A stretch of DNA of 64,000 nucleotides from Candidatus Zipacnadia bacterium (GTDB lineage Bacteria > Armatimonadota > Zipacnadia > Zipacnadales > Zipacnadaceae): the NCBI GenBank assembly GCA_029821195.1, contig JALGTU010000001.1:8707-72706 (forward strand), given 5' to 3'. The notes below the pieces were generated by a model. That model saw nothing but the letters and a program-made list of their open reading frames with translations. It made no database searches and was not told the origin of the DNA. Position 1 is the first letter of the stretch, and the number at the start of each line of letters is the position of its first letter. A program made the position numbers and the translations under genes. Positions 46,189-56,509 of the stretch are shown one piece after another.

Positions 46189-47526
46189 TCATAGTACAGG
46201 CAGGTACTTCTCGAGCTCCCAACTGGTAACCTGCACGCGATACTCATCCCACTCGATCCTCTTATTCTCAATGAGCTTGCCGTGCATTTCCTCGCCCAGA
46301 GCCCGCTTGAGCAAATCACTGCTTTCGGCCAGGCCAACCGCGCTGTGCAGGTCGGGAGGCAGCGTGCCGATGCCGAGAGCCTCCCGCTCCTCCTCAGACA
46401 TTTCATACACGTTGCGCGTCACCGGCGAGGGGCATTCGTAGTCGTTTTCAATGCCATCCAAACCGGCCGCGAGCATTACCGCAAAGGCCAGGTAGGGGTT
46501 GCAGGCCGGATCGGGCGCACGGTACTCTATGCGCATTGCTCGCTCGCGCCCGGGCTTATAGGTGGGCACTCGGATCAGATCCGAGCGATTGGTCAGGGCC
46601 CAGGACAAGTAGACCGGTGCCTCGTAGCCGGGCACCAGGCGCTTGTAGGAGTTGACCCACTGGTTGGTAACCAGCGTTATTTCCTGGGCATGCTTGAGCA
46701 GCCCGGCTATGTACTTGCGGGCAATGGCCGACAGGTATAGCGAGTCGTCAGGGTCGAAGAAGGCGTTCCTGTCTTCAACGAACAATGACTGGTGCACATG
46801 CATGCCACTGCCGTTTTCGGAGAACAGGGGCTTGGGCATAAAGGTGGCGTAGACGCCGTGGCGCAAAGCGACCTCCTTGACGACCAGCCGATAGCTCATC
46901 GCGGCATCGGCCATCGTCAGCGCATCGGTGTAGCGCAGGTCCACCTCGTGCTGGGAGGGTGCTACCTCGTGATGACTGTATTCGACCCCGATGCCCATTT
47001 GCTCCAGCATAATCACGGTTTCCCGCCGCAGATCCATGGCCTCGTCACGGGGCGTCATATCAAAATACCCCGCGTGGTCGAGAACCTGGGGATTGGGGTC
47101 ATTACCCTTGAAGTAAAAATACTCCAACTCCGGGCCGACGTAAAAGGTATAGCCCAGCTTCGCCGCCCGCGCCAGATTGCGCTTGAGCACATAGCGGGGG
47201 TCACACTCGTAGGGGGTGCCATCGGGCCGCAGAATGTCACAGAACATCCGCGCCACCGCACCGCCCTCGGTGGGCCGCCACGGCAGAACGGTAAAGGTGG
47301 CCGGGTCCGGCATCGCCACCATATCACTCTCGTCAATACGGGCGAAGCCCTGGATAGACGAGCCGTCAAAGCCCTGGCCTTCAGCCAGCGATAGCTCCAA
47401 TTCGTCCACAGTGATCGCAAAGCTCTTCAAATATCCGAGAATGTCGGTGAACCAGAGCTTTACGAACTTGACGTTATTCGCTTTGACCTGTTCGAGCACA
47501 TACTGCTTATCCTTGGGATCGGACAT
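46189..47526 (-). CDS. glnA: Glutamine synthetase type I.
   Basis: MSDPKDKQYVLEQVKANNVKFVKLWFTDILG... and GS catalytic motifs. AGGAGG lies 6 nt before ATG 47526. The ORF-track start at 47613 is an extension. Confidence 0.9.
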   Translation of the reverse strand: MSDPKDKQYVLEQVKANNVKFVKLWFTDILGYLKSFAITVDELELSLAEGQGFDGSSIQGFARIDESDMVAMPDPATFTVLPWRPTEGGAVARMFCDILRPDGTPYECDPRYVLKRNLARAAKLGYTFYVGPELEYFYFKGNDPNPQVLDHAGYFDMTPRDEAMDLRRETVIMLEQMGIGVEYSHHEVAPSQHEVDLRYTDALTMADAAMSYRLVVKEVALRHGVYATFMPKPLFSENGSGMHVHQSLFVEDRNAFFDPDDSLYLSAIARKYIAGLLKHAQEITLVTNQWVNSYKRLVPGYEAPVYLSWALTNRSDLIRVPTYKPGRERAMRIEYRAPDPACNPYLAFAVMLAAGLDGIENDYECPSPVTRNVYEMSEEEREALGIGTLPPDLHSAVGLAESSDLLKRALGEEMHGKLIENKRIEWDEYRVQVTSWELEKYLPVL

Positions 47527-47652
47527 CACGGTCCTCCTATGTGCCAACCTGGCATTGCGAGTTTGGCGCAGTCTATCATGCCACAGCGATACCCCTGAGT
47601 CCCGGCGAAGCATTCGGTAGGTCTAGCTTGGCACCCTAGAGGTATGTATCTA

Positions 47653-47681
47653 ATAATAGACGAATAAGATAGTTAGTGCAA
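47653..47681 (-). promoter_or_regulatory. Sigma70-type promoter TTGCAC-N17-TATTAT for glnA, inside a local AT-rich island.
   Basis: rc of +47676..47681 is TTGCAC. rc of +47653..47658 is TATTAT. Confidence 0.5.
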
Positions 47682-47856
47682 GTCCCTGCTCAGCAGGCCG
47701 AGCGAGACCATCAGATGACAGATAGCCGCCAGGTGACAGCGCTTGCGCCCGAGAGACAGGCGGAAGCAAGGGCGGCGATTGACGTCGCCGGTGGCCAGGC
47801 CCACATAACCAGCCTGCGAGGCGGGGTGACTGTCCAGATCGAAGGCTGAGTGCATT

Positions 47857-49236
47857 GTGGCCAAAGCTATGGTTGTGCAAGCTCTGAAACTATCCGTTGC
47901 TGGATTACGAGGTGTCGTGGGCCATACGCTCACGCCCGAGCTGCTGGTGGACTTCGGCCAGGCGTTCGCCACCTATGTCGGCAGGGGAACGGTCCTGGTC
48001 AGTCGGGACACCCGTAATTCCGGCAAGATGGTCGGCCCGTGCGTCGTGTCGGGCCTGATGGGCGGCGGCTGTCAAGTAGTAGACCTGGGGATCTGCCCCA
48101 CCGCAGCACTCCAGTTAGCCGTCAAACAGGGGCCCGCCGTCGGCGGCATCGCTATCACTGCTGGTCATAACGACGCCAGTTGGAATGCGCTGAAATTCGT
48201 GCGGGACGACGGGATATTCCTCAACCCGCGCCAGAACGAAGAACTGCTCGATATCTACCATCAGGGCGAGTACGTCAAGGCGCAGTGGGACGAACTCCAT
48301 CCCATCGCGGCCGATCCCGACGCAGCCGAGCGCCACCTGGCGGCGATAGTTGCGCAGGTAGACGTCGAGAAGGTTCGTGAGGCGCATCTCAAGGTCGCAG
48401 TGGACTGCATCAACGGGGCCTGCTCGCAGGACTCGCCGCGCTTGCTGGAGAGACTGGGCTGTGAAGTAGTGGCGATAAACATTGAGCCGCGCCAGCCCTT
48501 CCCGCATCCTCCCGAACCCAGTCAAGCCAATCTGAGTCAACTGCGCGCCATAGTCCAGGCCGTGGACGCCGATATCGGCTTCGCCCATGACGCGGACGGT
48601 GACCGACTCGGCTTTGTCGCGTCGGGTGGCGAGATCTTCTCGGAGCAAATGACGATATGCCTGTGCGAGGAGATGATCCTACGCCGGGGTGACGCCGGGC
48701 CAGTGGTCACCAACCTGTCCACCACCCAGGCAGTAGACGACATCGCCGCGCGCTACGGGCGCGAGACTCATCGTACCGGCATTGGCCAGGCCTATATCAC
48801 CGAAAGCGCCCTTAACTATCAGGCGGCTATCGCCGGCGAGGGCAGCGGGGGGATTGTTTTTCCGCGTCTGAACTACGCTCACGACAGTATGGCGGCGATG
48901 GCGCACATCCTCGACCTGTTGGCCGGCCTGGACGAGCCGCTTGTGGACTTCATTGCCCACAACATCCCCCACTACGTCATGCGGCAGGGCCAGGAGCATT
49001 GCCCCACTGAGCGTGCTTACAGTGTGCTCGAGGCGATCCGCACCCAGCAGCTCCCGGCCTGGGCGGACAGCCGTGACCTGCAGGACGGTATCAAGATAAT
49101 TGGCGAGGGCCGGTGGGTACAGGTGCGGGTATCCCAGACCGAGCCGCTGATTCGAGTTATGGCCGAAGCGCGCGACGTAGCCACTGCACGGGAATTGGTG
49201 CGCGAATATCTCAGCCGCGCCCGGCAGTTGATGTAA
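47857..49236 (+). CDS. Alpha-D-phosphohexomutase-family paralogue (GlmM/PMM-like) with a degenerate active-site loop, TAGHND instead of TASHNP.
   Basis: Full four-domain architecture with metal loop DADGDR and sugar loop GEGSGG, but the catalytic Ser codon is GGT (48163..48165). GTG start with GAAGG upstream. Confidence 0.8.
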   Translation: MAKAMVVQALKLSVAGLRGVVGHTLTPELLVDFGQAFATYVGRGTVLVSRDTRNSGKMVGPCVVSGLMGGGCQVVDLGICPTAALQLAVKQGPAVGGIAITAGHNDASWNALKFVRDDGIFLNPRQNEELLDIYHQGEYVKAQWDELHPIAADPDAAERHLAAIVAQVDVEKVREAHLKVAVDCINGACSQDSPRLLERLGCEVVAINIEPRQPFPHPPEPSQANLSQLRAIVQAVDADIGFAHDADGDRLGFVASGGEIFSEQMTICLCEEMILRRGDAGPVVTNLSTTQAVDDIAARYGRETHRTGIGQAYITESALNYQAAIAGEGSGGIVFPRLNYAHDSMAAMAHILDLLAGLDEPLVDFIAHNIPHYVMRQGQEHCPTERAYSVLEAIRTQQLPAWADSRDLQDGIKIIGEGRWVQVRVSQTEPLIRVMAEARDVATARELVREYLSRARQLM

Positions 49237-49394
49237 GCATCACAAGCTGATAGGAGCGACGTTCTTGTCGCAACTACGTCGGTGGCACGGGCTTCCAGCC
49301 CATGATGCACAGGCAGGATGCCTGTGCCACTGGACTGTGGTCCGGGCAAGGGCGCTCCTCAGCCAATCAAGCGACCAAAAACACGGGTGACTAA

Positions 49395-50801
49395 ATGTCC
49401 GGAGTAAGAACGCTCAAAACCGGCGTATCCGGAGTACGCGGCGTAGTTGGCGACTCGCTGACGCCGCACCTGCTGGTCTCATTCGCCCAGGCCTTTGGCA
49501 CCTATCTGGGCGGCGGGCTGGTCGCCATCGGCCGCGACACCCGTCCCTCCGGACAGATGGTGCGCAGCGCGCTGGTCGGCGGGCTACTGGCTACCGGGTG
49601 CAACGTCATTGACCTGGACATCGTGCCGGTGCCGACGCTGCAGATTGCCTGTGCCCGCAATCCTGAGACCATCGGCGGCATTGCCATCACCGCCAGCCAC
49701 AACCCCCAGCAGTGGAATGCCCTGAAGTTCATTCGCTCCGACGGCATCTTTCTCTACCCGTACCAGGTCCAGGAGCTGCTCAATGTCTACCACCAGGGCG
49801 AGTTCGCTTTGGTGGGTAACGAGCAGATCGGCGAGGTGGTCAGCGATGACCAAGCCATTGAGCGACATGTCGCCGAGCTGCTGGCCCGGACCGACCGCAA
49901 GGCGATTGCCGACGGCAACTTCAAGGTTGTGGTGGACTGCTGCAATGGCGCCGGGGCAGTGGTCAGCGAGCGGCTGCTCAGAGAACTGGGCTGCGAGGTC
50001 ATTGCCATCAACGACACGCCCGACGGCATCTTCCCGCATCTGCCCGAACCGGTACCGGAAAACATGGGACAACTGGAGCAGGCGGTTCGCGAGCACGGCG
50101 CCGACCTGGGGATGGTGCAGGACGCCGACGCCGATCGTCTCGCGCTGGTTAATGAACAGGGAATGGCAGTCGGGGAAGAGTACACCCTGGCACTGGCCGC
50201 GGATACCGTCGCCGCTGCAGGCCCCTTGCCGTTGGTCACCAACCTGGTGACCAGTCGAATGATCGAGGAAGTCGCCGAGCGCTACAACTGCCCGATGCAC
50301 CGCACGGCGGTGGGCGAAGTGTACGTGGTCGAAGCCATGCAGCGCGCGGCTCGTGATTACCGAGCTGCCGGGCATACCGACCAGGACGACCGCGTATTCG
50401 GCGGCGAGGGCAACGGCGGCGTCATTGACCCACGCATCCACTACTGCCGCGACAGCCTGCGCGCGATGTGTCTGATTCTCGAGGGCCTGGCCCATCGGGG
50501 CGGGACGCTCAGTTCCTGGACAGAGGAGGCCTTCCGTCCCTCGGCTATTGTCAAGGAACGCATTGACTGCCCGGCGGCGCGGGTGCAACCGGCCATCCTA
50601 GCGCTGCGCGAAGAGTATGCCGGCCAGGAGATTGAGGAAACCGACGGTATCCTGGTGCGCTGGCCGGATCGTTCCTGGGTGCAGGCCCGTCCCAGCAACA
50701 CCGAGCCGATTATGCGCGTGGTCGCCGAAGCCGACAGTCACCAGCAAGCTCAGGACCTGGCCGATCAGGCCATGGCGGTCATTCGTCAGGCAATCGGCTG
50801 A
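49395..50801 (+). CDS. Phosphoglucosamine / phosphomanno-mutase-family enzyme, canonical.
   Basis: Active-site TASHNP, DADADR metal loop, GEGNGG loop. Confidence 0.85.
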   Translation: MSGVRTLKTGVSGVRGVVGDSLTPHLLVSFAQAFGTYLGGGLVAIGRDTRPSGQMVRSALVGGLLATGCNVIDLDIVPVPTLQIACARNPETIGGIAITASHNPQQWNALKFIRSDGIFLYPYQVQELLNVYHQGEFALVGNEQIGEVVSDDQAIERHVAELLARTDRKAIADGNFKVVVDCCNGAGAVVSERLLRELGCEVIAINDTPDGIFPHLPEPVPENMGQLEQAVREHGADLGMVQDADADRLALVNEQGMAVGEEYTLALAADTVAAAGPLPLVTNLVTSRMIEEVAERYNCPMHRTAVGEVYVVEAMQRAARDYRAAGHTDQDDRVFGGEGNGGVIDPRIHYCRDSLRAMCLILEGLAHRGGTLSSWTEEAFRPSAIVKERIDCPAARVQPAILALREEYAGQEIEETDGILVRWPDRSWVQARPSNTEPIMRVVAEADSHQQAQDLADQAMAVIRQAIG

Positions 50802-50858
50802 CCCCCCAAACCGAGCAGCAGCCCCAACAACTCCTCCTCTCAAGGGTCGGTACTGCTA

Positions 50859-52223
50859 TTATCCCGAAGGGTGAGCCGTGCGGGTGTTGTTCGTGCGCAT
50901 CCACTTCTCTTCCCAATGCTTCTCCAGGTCCGCACGCCAGGCTTCGGCGTCTGCCTGCAGTTCTGCGGCAATCTCCGGGAATTCGTCCTTGAGGTTATGG
51001 CGTTCGCCCATATCATTGGCAAGGTCCGCCAGGTGCACATCATCCTCCGGCGGCGCACCTTCCACGAGCCGGCCGTTGAGCACCAGCTTCCAGTTGCCCT
51101 GCCGGACCGCAGTCTGGTCGCCCATCTCCCAGAAGATTGCCTGGTGAGGGCTGGCGGCGCCCTCGGCGACCATCGGAATAACATCGAGGCCGTCGAGCTG
51201 GTAATCATTCACGTCCCCGCCCGCTGCGCTCAGGAAGGTTGGAAAAACGTCCATCGTAGCACCCACACCGTTCAGGACCTGCCCCGCCGGGATGCGCGCC
51301 GGCCAGTTCATTATCGCCGGCATGCGGATACCGCCCTCGTACAGGCTGAACTTATGGCCCTTGAGCTTGCCGGTAGTGCCGCCGTAGTAAGGGTCTTCGG
51401 TCCCGTCCAGCCAGTTACGGGTCTCGCGCGAGGGGCCGTTGTCGCTGGAGAAGAAGACACAGGTATTATCCCGCATCCCGTGGCGCTCCAGCGTCGCCAT
51501 AACCTCCCCCACACTGTCGTCCATCGCGCTCAGCATCGCGGCCATCACCTGGCGATCCCACGGCAACTCAGCGAAACGATCCATATACTCTTTCGGCGCG
51601 TGCATCGGGTAATGCGGCGCGTTGTACATAACCGCCAGTAAGAACGGTGCGTCGTCCTCCTGGGCCACACGGTCCAGATAATCCACCGCACGCTCGGTAA
51701 TCAACTCGGTGAAGTAGCGGCCGTTGTCCCATATCTCGCGGTTGTTATCCCACAGATCGTGGACCGGATCCTGCCCGCCGGCTATGCCCCAGTAGAAGAT
51801 GTGCGAGTAGTAGTCAATGCAGCCGGCCATAAAGCCAAACCACTCATCGAAGCCGTGGTTGTGGGGCCGGCACTGCTCGGCGAGACCCAGGTGCCACTTG
51901 CCGAACAAGCCCGTGCGGTAGCCCTCGCGCTGGAGAGCGGTGGCAATCGTGGGCGTCTCCTGGGGCAAGCCGGTGGCCTGGCGGTGGCCGGATAGGATCG
52001 AGCGCACGCCCGCACGTCCCGGATACCGTCCGCTGAACAGCGAGGCCCGTGACGGCGAGCAGACCGGCGAGTTGGAGTACCAGTCGGTAAAGCGCGCGCC
52101 CGACGCCGCCAGCGCGTCCAGGTGCGGTGTTTTCAGATCAGGCGCGCCCATGCAGGACAGATCACCATACCCCTGGTCGTCGGTGTAAAAAATGACGAAG
52201 TTGGGACGATTTGAATTGCTCAT
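50859..52223 (-). CDS. Sulfatase (arylsulfatase family) with no signal peptide.
   Basis: Formylglycine signature CSPSRASLFSGR and metal-binding Asp/His residues. Starts MSNSNRPNFVIFYTDDQG with no signal peptide. Confidence 0.85.
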   Translation of the reverse strand: MSNSNRPNFVIFYTDDQGYGDLSCMGAPDLKTPHLDALAASGARFTDWYSNSPVCSPSRASLFSGRYPGRAGVRSILSGHRQATGLPQETPTIATALQREGYRTGLFGKWHLGLAEQCRPHNHGFDEWFGFMAGCIDYYSHIFYWGIAGGQDPVHDLWDNNREIWDNGRYFTELITERAVDYLDRVAQEDDAPFLLAVMYNAPHYPMHAPKEYMDRFAELPWDRQVMAAMLSAMDDSVGEVMATLERHGMRDNTCVFFSSDNGPSRETRNWLDGTEDPYYGGTTGKLKGHKFSLYEGGIRMPAIMNWPARIPAGQVLNGVGATMDVFPTFLSAAGGDVNDYQLDGLDVIPMVAEGAASPHQAIFWEMGDQTAVRQGNWKLVLNGRLVEGAPPEDDVHLADLANDMGERHNLKDEFPEIAAELQADAEAWRADLEKHWEEKWMRTNNTRTAHPSG

Positions 52224-52486
52224 ACCAGCAATGCTCCTCTGAACTTAGCTCGTGGGGGACCGGCAAGGTTTGGGCCTATAATGAACCTGGCCTGGGCCGG
52301 CAACGTCAAACAGTAAGCACGCAAACTTGCTGCCTTGTGTTTCTTCATCTGACGAGCCAGCACCTTCGCCCGGCAAAGATTCGTCCCTCCGGGGGGAGGG
52401 TAATCGGTGCTGGGCATAGAACTACGACATCTAACAGCTCATCCGAGTCAGGAATCCCAGGAAAACATCGGAGGTGCAACAGTCGC

Positions 52487-53764
52487 TTGCGCCATTATTC
52501 GTGTCTGACATCATGTTGTCTATGCTTGCTGACCGCGCTGCTGCTGGTGAGCGCTGCCCCAGCAGAGCAGCTCGCGGAGACTCTGACGCTGGAGGACTGT
52601 TTTCGCCTGGCGCTGAAGCGCAATCCCAACCTCAAGGCGGCGGCCTTGGAAGTAGACAGCAGCCGCGCTAGCCTGACCGCTCAGCGGGCCCGGTGGTGGC
52701 CAACCTTGAGCGCCGAGTGGGCTGTCCGTGAGCAGCAGTCCCTGACCCGCTCCACCAGCCGCGATCTCTCCCTGGTGCTGAATCAGACCTTCTACCAGAG
52801 CGGCCTGCGCGAGTCCATCCAAGCCGCCGATGCCCGCCTGGTCGGTAGTCGCTATTCCCGGGACGACCAGGAGCGGCGCTTGCTGGTGCAGGTAGCCACG
52901 GCCTTCTACGGCGTTCTGGGAAGCCTGGAGATGGCGGAGGTGGCGCGAGCCGGCGTCGAGGCGGCCCGCCAGAATCTGGAGCTGGTCAACGCCCGGGTGG
53001 AAACCGGCACCGCGGCGGAAGTGGACCGGCTGCCCGTCGAGCTTACGCTCGCCGAAGCTGAACTTGAAGCGATGCGCGCGATGAACGCCACGTGGCAGGC
53101 CATGGCTGAGCTGCGCGCGCTACTGGCCCTGGACCAGGGGCCGCCGCCGACTCTCAGCGGAAGTCTAGGCCCGGTACCCGAGACCGGCCCGCTCAGTTCG
53201 TGGGTGGCAGAAGCCCGGGAGCAGCGGCCGGACCTCGCTGCACAACGCGTCAGCATCCGCACCGCCGACCTGGCACTCAAGGAAGCTCGGATCGCAGCGG
53301 GTCTCAGCGTGCAGGCCTCCGGTCAAGCCGACTACGGCAGACACACCGGAACTACCGACGAGACCTGGTCGCTGATGGTCGGCGCCAGCTACCCGCTGGG
53401 CGACAAATCGGTCAAAGCAGAAGTGGCCGCCGCCGAAGCCCGGCGGGAGATCGCGCACCAGCGGCTGGCCGACCTAGAGCTAAGCATCACCCGGGACGTC
53501 GAGCAGAACTGGTACGGACTCCAGGATGCTACCGGGCGTATCGGCGCAGCCCGGATCGCAGTCGAGGCGGCGCAGAGTAACCTCGAAGCGGCCCGCCAGC
53601 GTTATGCGGAGGGCGTGGCCATCGTCGTCGAGGTCACCGACGCAGAACTGTCCCTGCGCCGCGTCCGCGCCAACCTGATTCAGGCGCGGTACGATCAGAA
53701 CGTCGCCTACTACCAGTTGCTCGCCGCCGCTGGCCAGCCGTTGCTGACCGAGCCTGGAAGCTGA
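52487..53764 (+). CDS. TolC-family outer-membrane efflux protein.
   Basis: Signal peptide followed by duplicated OEP repeats. Proposed TTG start at 52487 (GGAGG 12 nt upstream); the ORF-track start at 52211 is an extension. Confidence 0.7.
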   Translation: MRHYSCLTSCCLCLLTALLLVSAAPAEQLAETLTLEDCFRLALKRNPNLKAAALEVDSSRASLTAQRARWWPTLSAEWAVREQQSLTRSTSRDLSLVLNQTFYQSGLRESIQAADARLVGSRYSRDDQERRLLVQVATAFYGVLGSLEMAEVARAGVEAARQNLELVNARVETGTAAEVDRLPVELTLAEAELEAMRAMNATWQAMAELRALLALDQGPPPTLSGSLGPVPETGPLSSWVAEAREQRPDLAAQRVSIRTADLALKEARIAAGLSVQASGQADYGRHTGTTDETWSLMVGASYPLGDKSVKAEVAAAEARREIAHQRLADLELSITRDVEQNWYGLQDATGRIGAARIAVEAAQSNLEAARQRYAEGVAIVVEVTDAELSLRRVRANLIQARYDQNVAYYQLLAAAGQPLLTEPGS

Positions 53765-53843
53765 AGTAGTACGGGGCACCCGCGTTCGCCTCTGGATCAT
53801 TCGCCCGACGCAATTCAATGCACAGAATGAATAACCGGGACTA

Positions 53844-55727
53844 TTGCTAATGAAACGAAAACTCATCGTCGCGGGCACTATTGTGGTCGTCATCGGCCTG
53901 GGTATCTGGTGGCTGACCCACCGGGGTGGAAGCCCGGAGGAGTCGCTGGAACCGATCACGGTGGAGGTCAAGCGGGGGCCCCTACGCGTGACCGTCTCGG
54001 CCACGGGAGTGCTTGAGCCGCTGACCACCGTGGAAGTCAAGTCGCGCAGCGGCGGCGAGATCAGCAAGATGTACGTCGAGCCGGGCGATTACGTGCAGGC
54101 AGGCCAGATTATCGCGCAGCTCGACCCGACTGAACTCCAAGGCAAGGTGGACCAGGCACGAGCGCAGACCGACTCTTCCCAGGCCCGACTGGTCCAGGCT
54201 CATCTCAACGCCGAGGCCCAGACTGAGCAGACTGCGACATCTATCACCGAAGCGCAGGCCAGCCTTGACGCGGCGCGAGCGCGGCTGCGTCAGGCCCAAC
54301 TCCAACTCGACCAGATTCGGGTAACCAACGCTGAGGATATTGCCCAGGCCCAGGCCGGCCTGGCCTCCGCCCAGGCGCGACTCAAGCAGGCGCAGGCTCA
54401 GGAGCAGGCCCAGCCCACGTTGACTCAAGCCGAGATCGCTCAGGCTGAAGCCTCCCTGACCAGAGCCGAGCAAGACCTCGCCATTCTGCTGGCCGGCGCG
54501 CGCCCGCAGGAACTGGCTCAGGCCAGGTCACGGGTCACCGAGGCACAGGTCGCGGCCGACAACGCTCAGGCTGCCCTGATGCGCCAGGAAGCGCTGCTGG
54601 CCAAAGGCTTCGTCTCCCCGCAATCGGTGGAAGATTCACGCCGCAGCTATGCTAGTGCTGCCTCCCAACTCGAGGTGGCCCAGCAGGCCCTGTCGCTGCT
54701 CGAGGTGGGTGCCCGGCCTGAGGAAATCAAGCGGGCCCGGGCCTCCTTGGAGCAGGCCCAGGCGGCTCTCGAAACAGCCCAGGCCCACGCCATCCAGGTC
54801 CAGCTCAAGCGGCAGGATCGGGAGGCCGCCGAGGCCGCCCTGCGGCAGGCCGAGGCGTCCTTGTCCGTCGCAGAAGCCAATCGGGCGCAGATCAGGCTGC
54901 GGGAGGAGGACCTCGAGCTGGCCTGGCTGGCCGCCGACCAAGCTGAGGCCGCCCTGCGGCGAGCTGAGGCGGGTCGGCTAGGTGACGCAGCCCGTGCCGA
55001 GGATGTCCGCGCTGCGGCCGCGGACTTGCGGCGCACACAGTCCCAGCTCGACGACGTTGAGTACAGCTTCAAGCATACCACCATCGTCGCGCCCCGCGAC
55101 GGTGTGGTCCTGGAGAAGCTCGTCGAAGAAGGTACCGTAGTACCCGCCGGCACCGCGGCCCTGGCCCAGGGCACGACCATTATAACTCTCGCCGACATCA
55201 CCGAAATGTATGTCCTGGCCGAGGTGGACGAGGCCGACATCGCCCAGATCCGAGTCACACAGCCCGCCGAGGTCACCGTGGACGCCCTGCCCGGACAGAG
55301 CTTCGCTGGGGAGGTAGTCAAGATATTCCCCAAGGCAAAAGAGGAGCAGAATGTCGTCTATTTTCCCGTGCGCATCAAGGTGCTCGACACCGTGCGCGAA
55401 CTGCGGCCGGGGATGACCGCCGACGTCACTCTGGTCGTCGCCGAGCAGGAGGACACACTCCTGGTCCCGGATAGCGCCATTGATCGCTCCGGCAAGCAAC
55501 CGACCGTCCAGGTGCTGGAAGCACCCAACGCCGAGCCGGTCGAGCGCACAGTGAAGGTCGGCATCAGCGACTGGGAGCGGACCGAGATCCTGGAGGGTCT
55601 CAAGGAAGGCGACCAGGTGGTGCTGCCCGCGGGCGCCCAACCTCCGCCAGGAATGGGCAGGCCCAGTGATCCGGGCCGAACCGGACGACGGGCACTGGGT
55701 ATGCTCGGCAGGGCGGGCAGAAGATAG
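53844..55727 (+). CDS. Periplasmic adaptor (HlyD/MacA-type membrane fusion protein) with an unusually long coiled-coil hairpin.
   Basis: N-terminal TM segment, biotinyl-like half-barrels flanking ~350 aa of Ala/Gln-rich heptads, and C-terminal beta-barrel/MP domains. Confidence 0.8.
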   Translation: MLMKRKLIVAGTIVVVIGLGIWWLTHRGGSPEESLEPITVEVKRGPLRVTVSATGVLEPLTTVEVKSRSGGEISKMYVEPGDYVQAGQIIAQLDPTELQGKVDQARAQTDSSQARLVQAHLNAEAQTEQTATSITEAQASLDAARARLRQAQLQLDQIRVTNAEDIAQAQAGLASAQARLKQAQAQEQAQPTLTQAEIAQAEASLTRAEQDLAILLAGARPQELAQARSRVTEAQVAADNAQAALMRQEALLAKGFVSPQSVEDSRRSYASAASQLEVAQQALSLLEVGARPEEIKRARASLEQAQAALETAQAHAIQVQLKRQDREAAEAALRQAEASLSVAEANRAQIRLREEDLELAWLAADQAEAALRRAEAGRLGDAARAEDVRAAAADLRRTQSQLDDVEYSFKHTTIVAPRDGVVLEKLVEEGTVVPAGTAALAQGTTIITLADITEMYVLAEVDEADIAQIRVTQPAEVTVDALPGQSFAGEVVKIFPKAKEEQNVVYFPVRIKVLDTVRELRPGMTADVTLVVAEQEDTLLVPDSAIDRSGKQPTVQVLEAPNAEPVERTVKVGISDWERTEILEGLKEGDQVVLPAGAQPPPGMGRPSDPGRTGRRALGMLGRAGRR

Positions 55728-55810
55728 GCCCTCTACGACAGCACAGCGACGCAGAAAAGATAAAGCGAGGCGACTCAAATACTAAGGAGAACGGTGGTCA
55801 AACGGGCGCG

Positions 55811-56509
55811 ATGTCCTTGATAGAAGTACGCGACGTTGAGAAGACCTACACGATGGGCTCAATGGCCGTTCACGCCCTGCGCGGTGTCTCCTTCACTATT
55901 GCGCCCGGCGAATACCTGGCGATAATGGGGCCGTCAGGCTCAGGGAAATCCACGCTGATGAACCTGCTCGGCTGCCTGGATAAGCCCAGCGCCGGCACCT
56001 ACTTGCTGGATGGCGAGGATGTCAGCCAGCTCAGCGATGACCGGCTGGCCGCGCTACGCAACCGCCACATTGGCTTTGTCTTTCAGCAGTTCAATCTGCT
56101 ACCACGCGCCAACGCCCTCCAGAACGTGGAACTACCGCTGCAATACGCCGGCATTCACGACCGGCGGGAGAAGGCCGTGACGGCGCTGGCGAAGGTCGGC
56201 CTGGCCGACCGTGCCCATCACCGCCCCCGCGAGCTCTCCGGTGGCGAGCAGCAGCGGGTTGCCATCGCCCGGGCCATTGTCAACGAGCCGGCCATTATCC
56301 TGGCCGACGAGCCGACCGGCAACCTCGATAGTCGCACCGGCCGGGACATCCTGCAGGTCTTTGACGATCTCAACCAGACCGGGATCACGCTGATAACGGT
56401 GACCCACGACCCTGACATCGCGGCTGGCTGCCACCGCGTCCTGCATATGGTTGACGGCAAGCTAGCCAACGATGTCAACAACAAACGCCCGGGCGGTGAA
56501 GCACCGTGA
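55811..56509 (+). CDS. ABC transporter ATP-binding protein, MacB/LolD type.
   Basis: Walker [10 protein letters not shown], signature LSGGEQQRV, Walker B ILADEPTG. Confidence 0.9.
   Translation: MSLIEVRDVEKTYTMGSMAVHALRGVSFTIAPGEYLAIMGPSGSGKSTLMNLLGCLDKPSAGTYLLDGEDVSQLSDDRLAALRNRHIGFVFQQFNLLPRANALQNVELPLQYAGIHDRREKAVTALAKVGLADRAHHRPRELSGGEQQRVAIARAIVNEPAIILADEPTGNLDSRTGRDILQVFDDLNQTGITLITVTHDPDIAAGCHRVLHMVDGKLANDVNNKRPGGEAP

Noticed and set aside
47560-47600. Possible sigma54 (-24/-12) element TGGCAT-N5-CTGC or TGGCAC upstream of glnA.
   Set aside because: The GC dinucleotide spacing does not fit TGGCAC-N5-TTGCW. A clean sigma70 TTGCAC-N17-TATTAT lies nearby instead.
49584-50588. 334-aa minus-strand ORF inside the second phosphohexomutase gene.
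   Set aside because: It is antisense to a gene with canonical catalytic motifs. Its Arg/Ala/Gly-rich composition is typical of GC-skew artefacts.
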